From Thalia democratica (Eukaryota): a stretch of DNA of 64,000 bases. Under the pieces are notes generated by a model that did not search any database, was not told where the DNA came from, and was given only the letters and a program-made list of their open reading frames with translations. Location of the stretch: positions 56,358,001-56,422,000 of the forward strand of contig OZ241832.1 of the NCBI GenBank assembly GCA_965202585.1, given 5' to 3'. The position numbers and the translations under genes are program-made. This document shows, piece by piece, positions 51,685 to 64,000 of this stretch. Within the stretch, counting starts at the first letter, position 1; each line of letters opens with the position of its first letter.

Positions 51685-51721
51685 AGTGAACGTCCGGTAA
51701 AAATCCGTTGCTTTTTACCAT
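51685..51721 (-). CDS. Alternative/duplicated first coding exon of TOGARAM1-like gene
   Basis: ATG GTA AAA AGC AAC GGA TTT TTA CCG GAC GTT CAC T|GTAAGT = MVKSNGFLPDVH, with the same 37-nt length, phase and LPDVH end as exon 1. Confidence 0.65.
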
Positions 51722-52154
51722 ATTCTTTAATGACTTTAGTGTGAATTGTGTCTTTTAGTGATACTTTATAATTGATAACAGCGAAAATCATACAGAAAAG
51801 TTGAGTTACTAGTTTTTGGGATACGTCATAATGGAAAAATAAATTTTTGTTTACAAAATTGAATGATTTACGCTCAGACTTATTTAAAGGAGGTTTTCAG
51901 ACATTAAGTATATTCAAGCTTTGTTTTTGCAAATAAATAATTTTCAGTACTATTTTCCAATAATTTTCAGCAACAATGTTTACTACTGGTTTTATTAGTT
52001 TAAAAATTTTTAAAGGCACAATTTTGTTTTCACATAACAGATTAGTAAACATATAAAATGTTCTACAAAACTATAATTAAAATTGCTTTAACAACTATTA
52101 AGTTTTATATGTCTTTTGAAATTTCTTATCTAAACTAAAAAACTTTAAGGTAGG

Positions 52155-53215
52155 TTTTAAAAACACTTGCTTGCCTAAACCATTTAAAGACCCACCTAAA
52201 ACGCCAAACACAACTAGAAAGCAAAGAAAACAAATATTTTAATCACATAAGAATACAGTATCAAGAATACAGTATCTATTTTTGTTCACACGCCTTTGTT
52301 TACAGAAAGTTTAATTATTTTAATAATAACAAATTAAATTTCGATAAAGCGTCGAGGAATTAAAACATAACAGATTTGTCAAAAAACAAGTAAATACTAT
52401 AATATTTTTTATGTCAGCAGATTAAACAAGTGAGAGTCAAAGATAAAGGTAATAAACTAAAAAATAAGTATAAGTAAAAACTAAAAGATGAAAAACTATA
52501 TAAAGACTACAACTTTTTTTGATAAATTTTGGTCAACATAAAAACAATAATTAAGTCAAACATTCAGCTACAAAAACAGAAATATTTTATAGAAAACCAA
52601 AAGCTTGAAAAACGTTGCGAACAGCAGACTAAAACGTCTTAATTTAAATTTTTTATTTCAGTATAATTTTTTATTTTTCTGTATAAGTTTGAAACCTTTT
52701 ATTCAAGCATACAATCTTAAAAGTAAGTTTTTAAAACATTTGCTTACCTAGTCCATTCAAAGACCCACCTAAAACGCCAAACACAACTAGAAAGCAAAGA
52801 AAAAAATATTTAAATTTAATAAAAATACAGCATGAAGAATACAATATCTATTTTTGTACACACGCCTTCGTTTACAGAAAATTTAATTATTTTAATTATA
52901 ACAAATTAAATTTCGATAAAGCGTGAATAAATCAAGCATAATGTTACTTAAGTAAGATTTTAAATAAACCAAATAAAGTTAAAACTGTTTTTGTTTTTGC
53001 AGATTAAAACAAGTGAAAGTATAAGACCCGAAAGATAAGTAAAACAAATACGATATGATCAAAAACTAATACACGAGATACTTTACAAAGATTACAAGTC
53101 TTTAACATAACTTTTATCCGACACTATAACTAAATCAAACATAAAGCTATCAAAATAGAACAATTATCAAAAATGTAAAAAACACTGTGAACAGTAGATT
53201 TTCTTACTTTAAGCA
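52155..53215. repeat. Tandem duplication of a ~580-bp unit
   Basis: aaagacccacctaaaacgccaaacacaactagaaagcaaagaaaa occurs at ~52187 and ~52758, with continued similarity downstream. Confidence 0.85.
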
Positions 53216-56200
53216 TCAAAACTTTATTTATACGTTTAATGCTGATAATAAATATACACAATAGATTCAATGTACAATTAAAACATATTGGCATTTTATC
53301 TTACTTTAAATCATAAAATGATTTTTATAAACTCGCTTTAACTAAGAAAAGCAACAAATTTCAATTTACTTATATATTGATATAATAAAAAATACTTATT
53401 TCTTATTTTAATCTATTTGGAAAATATTTTAAAGTTCAAAAAATTTATCAGTTAGTAACCAAAAGTTCTTATATGTTCTGAAAACTATTAATTAGTATTT
53501 GTTGGGAAAAAAGCGCAATGTAAATAAAATGTACTGATTTAAACAGAACACAAATATTTTTTTTTGGAAAAAACTCTGCTACATAATTTGTTTTCGAATT
53601 TTATATTTTTCCAAAACCAAAATACTGTACTAAACGTAGATTTTGTATTGATCACTTTTTACCAAACTATATTATAACTTCATAAAGTACTCACTCATAA
53701 ATAAAAACATTTGAATTTTGGGTCAATTAGATTTTAAATTTTAAACTAAACTTAGTTTATAGAACATCGTCTTTAATCTTTTTTTATTTAAATTTCAATA
53801 CATATATCTAAATAAGAAACACTCAGTTTATTCAAACTTTTCAAGTTGTTATTTTTTTTCGGCCTGTGTCTACAGTACTTTGATTTAAATACTTGAATTG
53901 ACCAATTCGAACAGAACTTGTATTTGTTTATATACTCACGAAAAGTTAAGATATTAGTATAATTTAGAATTGAAACTCTGACAAAAAATAATACGAAATA
54001 TACTATACATCTTCAAAACTAATTTTACAAAACATCTAAGATACTTTATTTTCATTATCTTAATAAATTAAACCTAGCAACTTTTTAGTAACAAGAACTC
54101 GATAAAAACCAAAGTTTTTTATTTTCAATCAGCTACAACTTACTTTCAATTACAACACTATTGGTTTTAACAACTACAAAATATTCAAGCACAGCAAAAC
54201 TTTATTTTACTTTCAAAAGACACTAATCTGCTACTTGGGCCATTTGCTTTTAGTAGTAAATTCTTTCTTCAGTAAGCTGGCTTGAAATAACAAGGAAAGT
54301 TTGTTAAAATAACAACAAACCATGGAGCACAGAAGAAACATTCAATCAGGCTACTTCATTCACAAGCTTTTATTGAATTTAAAAAAATATCTGAAAAAAC
54401 ACATTAACAACTTAAAAACAAAACAAAAACTTATTTAATAATTTTAATTCAAGACAGCTTAAGTTTGATTCTGTAGAATGTCTTTTTAATGACAAGTTTT
54501 GTAATTAAATTTGGTTTTAAGTACAAAAGAAAGGCAAAAAATATAACAACACTTTGTTTTTTCATAGTTGTATTAACATAGCCTGTTGTAGCTATATTTT
54601 GTATATATTAACATATCAAAATTTTATGTAAGAGACCTTTAATTGAAAAATAATATTTTAAAATATTTAGTTAAACTTTTAAAAGGAAATATAAAATGAA
54701 TCAAAAATATATACTTAACAAAATTTCCAAATTCAAACAACTAAATAAACCTGAGTAACCTTGAGTTTTTTAAAAATCCTTAAATTTAATTTTGCTTTTA
54801 AGTAGTTACTACTTATACCTCATATTCGTTTTTCTTCTTAATAAATAAATGAAGGGTTGTAAGTGTAGTGTATGCTTCTACATTATATGTTCACTAAATT
54901 TATGAGTAACACTGCTTTCGAAGATTTATCATTAGAAATTTAAAATCAACTGAGATTAAAATATAAAAATTCTGGATAATTTCATGAAACCATGTTTATA
55001 AATAGTAGAAAATAGTTTGATTTTTTGTTATCATTATATTAGTTACCATTTTAGTTAACTTTCTTTAATCTTACCACATAAAGTACTCACTTGCAAAAAT
55101 AAACTGAAATCATGATAAATATTAATTTCAGATTTATAAAAACTACAACTTAATTTCTAAGAATAATGAAGAACTAGCCACAAGGCTAAAAACTTTAAAT
55201 AAGCATTTCAAAATCAAAAAATCATGTTTTTAAACAAAACTGTGTATTTAAAATAACAAAATACTGAGACTTGATCAACTTAATCTCATCCTGGATATAG
55301 AATAAAGTTTGCCTCTAGGTTTAGAAAAAGTTTTAAAACTATCCTGAGACTTTTGTAAAAAATCAAAACTATCATGAGTCAGCCTGAGTTTAATAAAAAA
55401 TCAAAAAATTCAGAGTTATCCCAAGTATCCCAAAGATTTTCTATAACTTTAAAATACCAGGAGTTTGATTGGGTTTGTAGCACTTCTGTTTAATGCAGTG
55501 GTCTTCACTGGGTGCATTGCACTCATGCACCAAAGTGTGCACAACATTTATTTTGAGGTGCACCAAACTCATGCAGCAATATTTTTTGAGATATGACCAG
55601 TTAATGTTGGGCAACATAATAGGTTCCCAATAAGAAGGAAAAACTAAAACAGCAAAAAAAAAGACTTTTATTTAAAATCTATCTCCTCCTATATTTTTCA
55701 AGCAATCTTTATACAATAACAAAAAAACTTTACTTAGGAACTTAAAAAAAAATTGTCAAAATAATAATTTTTTGAAAATAAAACACTTTTTTTTTTAATT
55801 TTTTTGATAAAATTTATATTTTTTTAAATTATTAAAATTCATAAGTAACATTTTTTCTTTTAATATAAGGAACATTTCTAAAAATTTAAAGAAGATTGCT
55901 TGAAAAATGAAGGAGGAGATAGAATTTAGTGAATTTTTAAATTTCCAAGAAAATTGACCCCAAAAAATTTGCCGTCCATACATTTGTATCAAAAACTTTT
56001 TACAAAAAAATATCTCAAAAGTCAAATGATATTTTTAAATTCTATAAAAACTGGCTAGTAGTTTGTATTTAAAGCTTTCATATAAAAGCCAAAGTTATTT
56101 TTGTAAAAAAAGTTGCTATAATTAGAATGTTTCAAAACTTTTTGTGAACTTTTTAGCTCAATTAAAACTTTAACTTTATTTAATTTAAACTAGCATGAAT

Positions 56201-56464
56201 TTTTGAATTTAAAAACCAAGTGGTTAGAAGTTAACAAAGCAAAGTATTTTTATTAGGCTGTGGGATATTTTCAAAGTGAGTCTTATTTTTTACATTAAAA
56301 ACTATCTTATCAGTTGTTTTTATTGTTGTTAAAATTTAAGTTAACTTTTGAGATCTAAAAAAACAAAGTTAAAGAGTACAATAGGTTCTTAAAGGGAGTT
56401 AACAACTAAATAAAAAGCAAAAAAGAATGTTATTCATAGATTTTGAAACTTTCTCAGTCTAATC

Positions 56465-57582
56465 TAGGGGTTGGCACTGTAAACAATCAACAGGCCGGAT
56501 CCAGAAAAATTAGTTCTTGGCAGCCTGGAGCATTTTGAGTTAGTGATATAACAAATCTAGCTGGATCCTTATTTAGGTCCCAATCCTAACTTGAAAGTAT
56601 TATCTGGATCCCGCTAAGTACCAATTTAAGATCCAACTAGAAACTAATTTCAAAAAAGAAGTGTATCTGGCTGGATGCTAATGGATTGGGTATTTCAGAG
56701 TTATGTATCCATTTATTATTTACTAAGTTTCTCAAGTATGAAATTTAATACTAATGTTTATTAAGTATTCATAATTCCATATTTATTATAACTCTGGACA
56801 AAATTAATACCAGTTAGTCTCTTAATAAATAATTTAGTTACTAAAAATTACTAAAGCTAACATTTATAACAAAAAAAAATTCTTAAGTACTTGTTGAACT
56901 ATTATCAAGTATAATTTTCATAACTGAAGTTAATGAGATATTACTTTGAAATATTTATCAAATGGTCATCACTATACATAACCATATAATTTAACAACAA
57001 TTCCTTAAAAAAATCTTTAGCATAAAAGATTGCAAACTGTTGTCTCAGCTTTGAATATTTTAATAAAATTTAAAGTTGAGCAGTTCAACTTGAAATAATT
57101 GTCAATTATTTTTTCTTAATATTTATAAAATCAACTCACTACTTATCTAAGAAGAGTAAGACAGCAATTTTTTCACATCCATTGTTTATGAAATTTATTA
57201 TGGTAGGTAAGATCATCAGTTAAGTAAACAAATTGATTTTGGATAATTTGAGTAAGGAAAATTCCAACTGACTTGAAACAGAACAAAATACTAGAACAAA
57301 ATGTTGTTTTTATCACTAAACAAAAATAAAAAGCCATTTAAAATAACGCTTTTAGGTCAAAGTCTTACGGTTTTGTTTTGTGAAAATTATGAAAAAAAGG
57401 TTTTGTTCAAATTTTGTAATATTTCTACTGGCTGGCCGAGTTTATATAAATTTTGAAAATACTTAGCGGGCTGGTCATTTTTGTCTGTAGGTTGTATTTT
57501 ATTTGAAAAAGATTTGGGGGCAGTCATTTTCACTTTGCAGGAGGCCAGATCCAGCCCATGAATTTTACCTTACCCACCCCTA
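56465..57582. mobile_element. Non-autonomous hAT-like element with 8-bp TSD
   Basis: gtctaatc|taggggttggca...tacccaccccta|gtctaatc. Confidence 0.8.
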
Positions 57583-59165
57583 GTCTAATCTATAATAATA
57601 CCAGGAATAAGTTGTAGAAAAGAGATGTTTAAATTCTAAGTAAAATCTATTTATTTAGAAATATACTAAAAAGTTATTAACTTTCATTTATAAGAAAAGA
57701 GAAAATTAGAACCTGCTTTCTACAAGTTGTTTGCAGTTTATCAAAAGACATTTCCTAAAATTGAAGTATGTATGAGGAGATCAATTAGCTATTTAATTTT
57801 GTTTAGTTTTGAGAAACTTATCATGAAAAATTATATCTATAGGTTTGTATTATACTATTTTTTACGAAAATGATTACATTTCTAGGTATTGCTAGGATTC
57901 TTTGATAATAAATAGCTTTTAGCATAAGGTGGGCAACGTACAACAAAAGTTTCCAGCTTGTAATAATTTTTAGCTTGAAAATAACTTTTCCAAATCAAAT
58001 TGTATAAAGCTTTTTTATATAAAAATTTAACTTTTAAAAATGCTCTTAATTTAGTTTTTAGTATAAGGAGACTATTTACAAACTTGCATTTATTAAGTTT
58101 TTTATAAAAAAAGTTACACAACTAAAAAAATTTTGTTTAGGTAAATTTGGATAAATAGAAATGTTGTCCAACTATATTATAAAATATATTTCCAAATACA
58201 GAAATAAGTTAAGGCCATTAACGATTTTTGTGAAAAAATGTAGTATCCTATACGGCTTAAAATTATCAAAAATCAGAGATGAACTTACTAAACACTTAAT
58301 ACTTATAATCTTACAGAAAAATCATACAAAAACAGCCACAACTTTTTTAACTATTCCATTTACAACTTATACTTTTTTTAGTATGAAAGTTATAATAAAA
58401 TAACTAATTACTAGTTCATTATTAAAAAAAACAAATTTTCATTTTCAGTTGACAAAAATTAACAAAGGGAAAGGTATATATATCTACACTTATTTCATTC
58501 AGTAGCTTAAATTTGTGATTCTTACAAAAAGAACAGTATAACTAATATTTTCAACTCAATATTAAAAGATGTACTACAACTAAAACTTGAAAACTTAATT
58601 AAAGTAAAAAGCATCAAAATCACTCTGTTACAATAAACATTTTCCAAACTTCTATTAGATAACATACAAAACTTATTTTTAAAATTTTTGATATCTATTC
58701 ATACTAAAGTATCAAAAAAACAACTTCCAATTTCTTGTTCTGCCTAAAATGTAATAATTAAAACTTCAATATTATAAAACACACCAAGAAGACCCTGAAG
58801 CTCAAACTCTCATGCAAGTTTTTACTAGCTAACAAATTCTAAATACATAAAAACTTGAAATAGTTCACAACAGAAAAGAAAGAGAACCAACAATAAATAG
58901 CTGTAAATACGTTTTTATACTACTTGACAATTTTTATAAACAAATTTTAGTTCAACTCCATAACTTCTTTGTTAACATTAAATACATAGCATATTTTCTA
59001 AAACTACTGAAACACATTTATACTTATAGAATTAAATATGAAAAGATTATAAACTAATATAAAACTAAACTAGTATAAAACATTAATATCAAAAACCATT
59101 ATCTAAATATACAACCTAACTTTTTTAACTTTTTAAACAATAAGAATTCAGCAAATTAGTAGTAA

Positions 59166-59548
59166 TAGGGTGGCAACTTGCTTTATAGAAGTTTTCTTCC
59201 AAGTTTTCTAAAGTTCTTCCACGTTTTGGAAAGTACACATTTTTTGTTTTTTTAGTTTAAAAATTAATTTAAAGTAAAAACCTTCATCAAGTAGTATAAC
59301 AACATTAAAAATATACTGTAAAACTACTTTAAATGTGTTTTTTGATTAAAAAACTTTGAGTATACCAAAAACTTTTTATCTATATGATAGATTTTTGGTG
59401 TCAAATAAAAATTTTACTAGTTAACATGTGAAAATTGTTGGAAAGTATAAATTTTTATTGGTTTTTATTCAATATTCCAGGTTTTTTAAGTTTTTTTTTC
59501 TTCAAATTCTTAACTTTTTCTAGGATTTCAGGTCTAGTGGCCACCCTG
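59166..59548. mobile_element. Diverged copy of the 18394-18757 MITE with 6-bp TSD
   Basis: tagtaa|tagggtggcaac...agtggccaccctg|tagtaa; internal aagtacacatt, aaatgtgtttt and atatgatagatttt are shared with the 18.4 kb copy. Confidence 0.85.
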
Positions 59549-61054
59549 TAGTAACAATTAATTTAAAACATAAAAAGTATAAAAATCATTAAATCAAAAA
59601 AAAACCTTCTAAATAATTGATATTTATAAACATTCAAAGACAAGAAAAATAAACAAAACACTATAAAGCATTTAACTATCTAGATTTTAAATAAGTTTAG
59701 AGCTTTTTATTTAAAATTGTGATAAAATTTACCAAAATAAATACTAATTACCTTTCACAGATTCACTTAAGAAAAGTATATAAAAAATAAAGAAGATTAT
59801 TTTGTAAGAAATTTAATTCTTTTTATTTACTAAAATTATATACATAAATTTTTTATTTAAATTCAGTTAAAGTAACAAAGTTTGTTATAAATGCTTTTAT
59901 TGTCAAGTCTTTTTGTTAGAATAATTTTAAATATCTAGAATAGACATAAAAATTCACTAAAATATATAAACTTAAAATCTTGCAGAAAAAATTAACATTT
60001 TTGTTAAAAAAACTCTTGAAAGAATTTAAACTTTACATGTATAAAATGTACTTCTACCACTTGAGGGTTGCTATAGTAATGAATTTTCTCACTTATTCAC
60101 ACAACAAGTGTATATTAACTGCTTAATACTGATAAAGTAATAGTAAAGTTTCTTTTTTTTTCAATAATAGTAATCAAAAAGTTTCAACTCTTACTAGATG
60201 GCATCATAATACTTCGAATCACTATGAAATACGAAAATGCATTTTTTAGTAGTTGAACTCCATTCTTACGAGAGAAAAATCTGACTAGCAATATCATTAA
60301 AAAAATGAGTCAATAATAAATGCTTTTTCTTTATAAAAATTTACATTAAGTCTTTGAACTTATTATAATGTCAAATGCTTTTTTAGTAGAAGATAAAGTA
60401 TGTTCATCAAGTAGAATACTGCTTTAATAGTTTAATATTTCTAAAAAAAAGGATGATTAAAATATAGCTAACAGAAAAACTATTTTAAATAAAATAGTAA
60501 CAGAAATTTATATAATCTACAGCTTTTACATAAAAAAATAATGTTTTAAACGTTTTGTTTAAACTATAGTGCAAAATATTTTTCATATAATACTTAATTT
60601 TATTTCGGTAATTAATAAAATTGAGATGCTTCGCGCAAATTATATTAAATATTTAGCCATAGTAAATTCTAATATTTGCTATTTAACTTAATATATAATA
60701 TAATCAATAACAAATATTTACTTTTTACATAATAAAAGAATCAACCACTGTTAGTTATTTTTGAGTAAAAAACCATTTATATTTAAAATTTATAATTGTA
60801 GTTATAAATTGTGTTTTAATATTTTTAAGCACAAGAAAATACATTTAAGATAAATTGAATAGTGCTTCATGTACTGTTAAACTTTACGTTTGGTTTATAA
60901 GTCTTAATCTGTCTTTTAAAATAAATATCTATTGATGCTAATTTAGATTTACATAAAGTTAGACCAAAGTTCAGACAAGTCAGTTATTTTTTCTGCGTCT
61001 TTTAAATATCTAACGAAGTTTTGCTTAATTAAAAAACTTATAAGAAAGTAAACT

Positions 61055-64000
61055 TGTTGGACATTTATGTGAAATTATACTTATTTCACTTCAACTGTCC
61101 ATATGTCGATGCATGCATTAGAATAAATTTTAAAATTTTTTTAAATAAAAATTTCTTTCAAAAGACAAGTTTCAAATAAATAATAACAACAGTTCTCTAA
61201 TTTATATTTTAAATTCTACTCGATATTTTTTGATTGACAAAGGCAAAATAAATACAATTTTGTATTCATTAATTGCCGTGTGCAAAAACAGGTGAGTATG
61301 TAAGCTGGCTATTAGAACCGTGCTGAGACACCTGCAGATTCCAACATGCACATTCCAACATGCCGAAACACTTGCAGCTTCCAACATGCAACGAGACACC
61401 TGCAATTGTCAACATGTCAAGCCACCTGCAACTGTCAACAAGTCAAGACACCTGCAACTGTCAACATGTCAAGCCACCTGCAAAAGAGAAAGTAAAAACG
61501 TATATAAACGATGAAGCACATCTACAAAGTAGGTTATTATACCTCAACTACCCTACGGAGCGGACCTAGGCCACTTCAACGGGGCGACTCTTCCTTCGTG
61601 GAAGTAGTTGCAGCTTTTCACGTGAGACTTCGAGGCCGGAGACGTGAATGGCAGTACGATACAAAATAGTTGGCTTGGGACTGCGCGGCCGCAGAGGTTA
61701 ACTAGAGAACGATATAAAACAGCTTACGTGAGACTTCGAGGCCGAAGACGTAAGCTGTGGTACGATATGAAACAATTTTGATAGGATTTCTACGTTCATA
61801 AATATTGTATTTTTCACTTTTATCGATATTGAAGTTCGTATAAGATTAATGTGTAGAAAACTTAAGCGTCGCGCACCATTTTGAATCGTTCGTTTGGGAA
61901 AGTAATAAATTGTACATAGTTTTTGTTGTTTATTTTATAACTAAATTAAGTTGCTATACCTATTTATATCCGTTAAAGATAGAGATATTTTTATATCCCT
62001 TTATTTTACATATAAATAAATATGGTATACAATAATGGCGTCCTCTAACAGCTCTTAAAACTAGCCTTTCGAAGACAAGGCAAACATAAGTAACGATTTA
62101 ATTAAAACCGATCAGAAAATAATTTATTTTACTAAGTTATTTTTAAAGAATTTATTTATTTTTTAGACTTACAACTCGGAATAATTTCTTCAATGCTTTT
62201 CTACGTGTAAAACTGAACTTAATTATAGTTTGCGATGATCGCTTATTTGATTTTAGTAAGGATGGTAGTGTAAATCACCGGTTTTTGTGACAGTGAGTGT
62301 AAAATTAAAGGTAAAAGCGTGTGGTAAAAGTCTACTGAGTTTTATTAAAATGATAGTGTTTATTTCTCGAGTGGTTTAATTGCTAGCAAAAAAAATAAAG
62401 AATTGCTTAATTTCCTTATGTATGTGCAGTTTTTTTTTGTCATCTATATTTTTATTTTTCGTGCTAAATGTGTACAAAATTTTAACGCAAAGCTTTTATT
62501 ATTAAAAAGTCGCTAATCGCATATAAGCCGTCAATGAGCGCATGTAAGCCGCAAAGAAAGCACTTTTAACTCCCATTGCACTTGTTTTTGTCGTAAAAAT
62601 ATAATCGCTTTTTATCAGCCGCACAGACATAAAGGCATTTAATTTGCAGCAAAGAAAATCACTCTTGATTTAAGTGCTCCAGTACAAGAAATAAAACAGT
62701 TAAAAAGAGTGCTTATGTATGCGTACTTATTCCACCCGGAAGGTAAAAACTCGATTTGGCAACAAAAAATATATGTATCTGAAGAAAAGCGATTGTTGTT
62801 CAAACACTTCATTAAATAATCTATGACAGCTATGTATCTTGAACAGAAGTAAAAGCACTTATAAAATGAAATCGACCAAGTCATTTATTAATAGTCTGCA
62901 AATCAACCAAAGTCAAACATTAACATCTACAGTAAAACAAAGCAAAGTTTAAACTTTATAAATAACTATAAAAACTATATATCTTTATATGTGTATATTT
63001 GTGTAAATATTGTTTAAACATAAAAATCTAAAAAAAAAACCGTTTGTTGTATATAGTTAAAATTTGCATATGATACAAAGTTCTCTCAACTATAGAAATA
63101 TCCTTGTAAAAATATTTACTCTTTATTTTGCTTAAGACATTTTATATGACTTAAGTATATATATTGAATTTACAAATTAAGTTGTTAGTTTTTAATTTTT
63201 ACTGCATAAGTTAAGTATTTTAAGAGTAAATGTTTCAAAATAAAAACTAATTTAACAATGTCAAGTTCATAAGCCTATTGTATCAACACTTAAATAACAA
63301 GTTGTTTACAATAAGATAAAAAATACTATGTGGTTTGTTTAAACAAATGTATGTTATTTTTTGCGTCAATGCCTTTGCGTTTTTAGTTCTTGATAATTGT
63401 ATCGATGATTCTCGTTTTTGGTTTCTTTAGTGATTGCTTGTAAATATTGCAGACAAAAATAAAGTTTTTGGAGTTTGAAGTTATTTTGGTGTTTTTATTA
63501 TTTAATTGTCAATGGCAACAAAACTCTATTACAACGTGTAAATTTTTATTTCTTTTTTTTTGCAAACTTAAAAAAGAAATTTTTTTTCAGAATAGAGTCG
63601 ATGTTGGACATTTATGTGAAATTATACTTATTTCACTTCAACTGTCCATATGTCGATGCATGCATTAGAATAAATTTTAAAATTTTTTTAATTAAAAATT
63701 TCTTTCATAAGACAAGTTTCAAATAAATAATAACAACAGTTCTCTAATTTATATTTTAAATTCTACTCGATATTTTTTGATTGACAAAGGCAAAATAAAT
63801 ACAATTTTGTATTCATTAATTGCCGTGTGCAAAAACAGGTGAGTATGTAAGCTGGCTATTAGAACCGTGCTGAGACACCTGCAGATTCCAACATGCACAT
63901 TCCAACATGCCGAAACACTTGCAGCTTCCAACATGCAACGAGACACCTGCAATTGTCAACATGTCAAGCCACCTGCAACTGTCAACAAGTCAAGACACCT
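61055..64000 (+). mobile_element. Putative non-autonomous LTR retroelement (TRIM/LARD-like); right repeat truncated by window end
   Basis: Direct repeats 61055-61453 and 63602-64000 (offset 2547, two substitutions seen). Homology starts exactly at TGTTGG. Candidate LTR end ...AATAAA-tatggtataCA 62031 is followed by PBS-like TGGCGTCC at 62036. No ORF internally and no clear PPT. Confidence 0.55.
61322..61482 (+). repeat. ~25-bp minisatellite rich in CACCTG E-boxes (repeated at 63869-64000)
   Basis: Units like gtcaag(a/c)cacctgcaactgtcaaca; five CACCTG and one CACTTG, followed by TATATAAA at 61501-61508. Confidence 0.85.

Noticed and set aside
55497-55580. hAT-like terminus cagtggtcttca
   Set aside because: No partner TIR or TSD found nearby.
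61260-61310. Spliced-leader RNA gene (CAG|GTGAGT inside a repeat)
   Set aside because: No resemblance to leaders I know and no clear Sm site at the right distance.
61322-61482. CRISPR-like array; ORFs 61320, 61360, 61202 and 63749
   Set aside because: Contiguous minisatellite without unique spacers in a eukaryotic context; the ORFs are repeat artefacts.
61600-61780. Hammerhead ribozyme/retrozyme
   Set aside because: No CUGANGA...GAAA core in the right arrangement on either strand, and no match to twister, pistol or HDV motifs as I recall them.

Overview
AT-rich eukaryotic genomic DNA, probably from an invertebrate animal. (1) About 1-19.3 kb is a dense field of decayed DNA-transposon fragments (MULE, several Merlin/IS1595-like, pogo/Tigger, a spliced Ulp1-protease + PHD pseudogene, MITEs, a foldback). 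All fragments I could translate read on the + strand. Embedded in it is a comparatively intact ~1.4-kb piece of a picorna-like (+)ssRNA virus polyprotein (2B-like + 2C SF3 helicase, 9633-11057, one in-frame stop), i.e. a non-retroviral endogenous viral element. (2) 25380-46072 on the minus strand is a 32-exon TOGARAM1/FAM179/Crescerin (che-12)-like ciliary TOG-array gene (my reconstruction: 5904 nt, 1967 aa, all phases consistent). It has an RFX X-box-like motif upstream, a second homologous first exon at 51685-51721, unusual 5' splice sites and tandem copies of exon 3' ends. (3) About 46-61 kb is very AT-rich non-coding DNA with hAT-like MITEs and a tandem duplication. (4) From 61055 to the window end is a young LTR-like non-coding element with near-identical direct repeats, an E-box array, a TATA box and two co-varying bulged hairpins. 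All calls are manual, from sequence and remembered family motifs; no database search was run.
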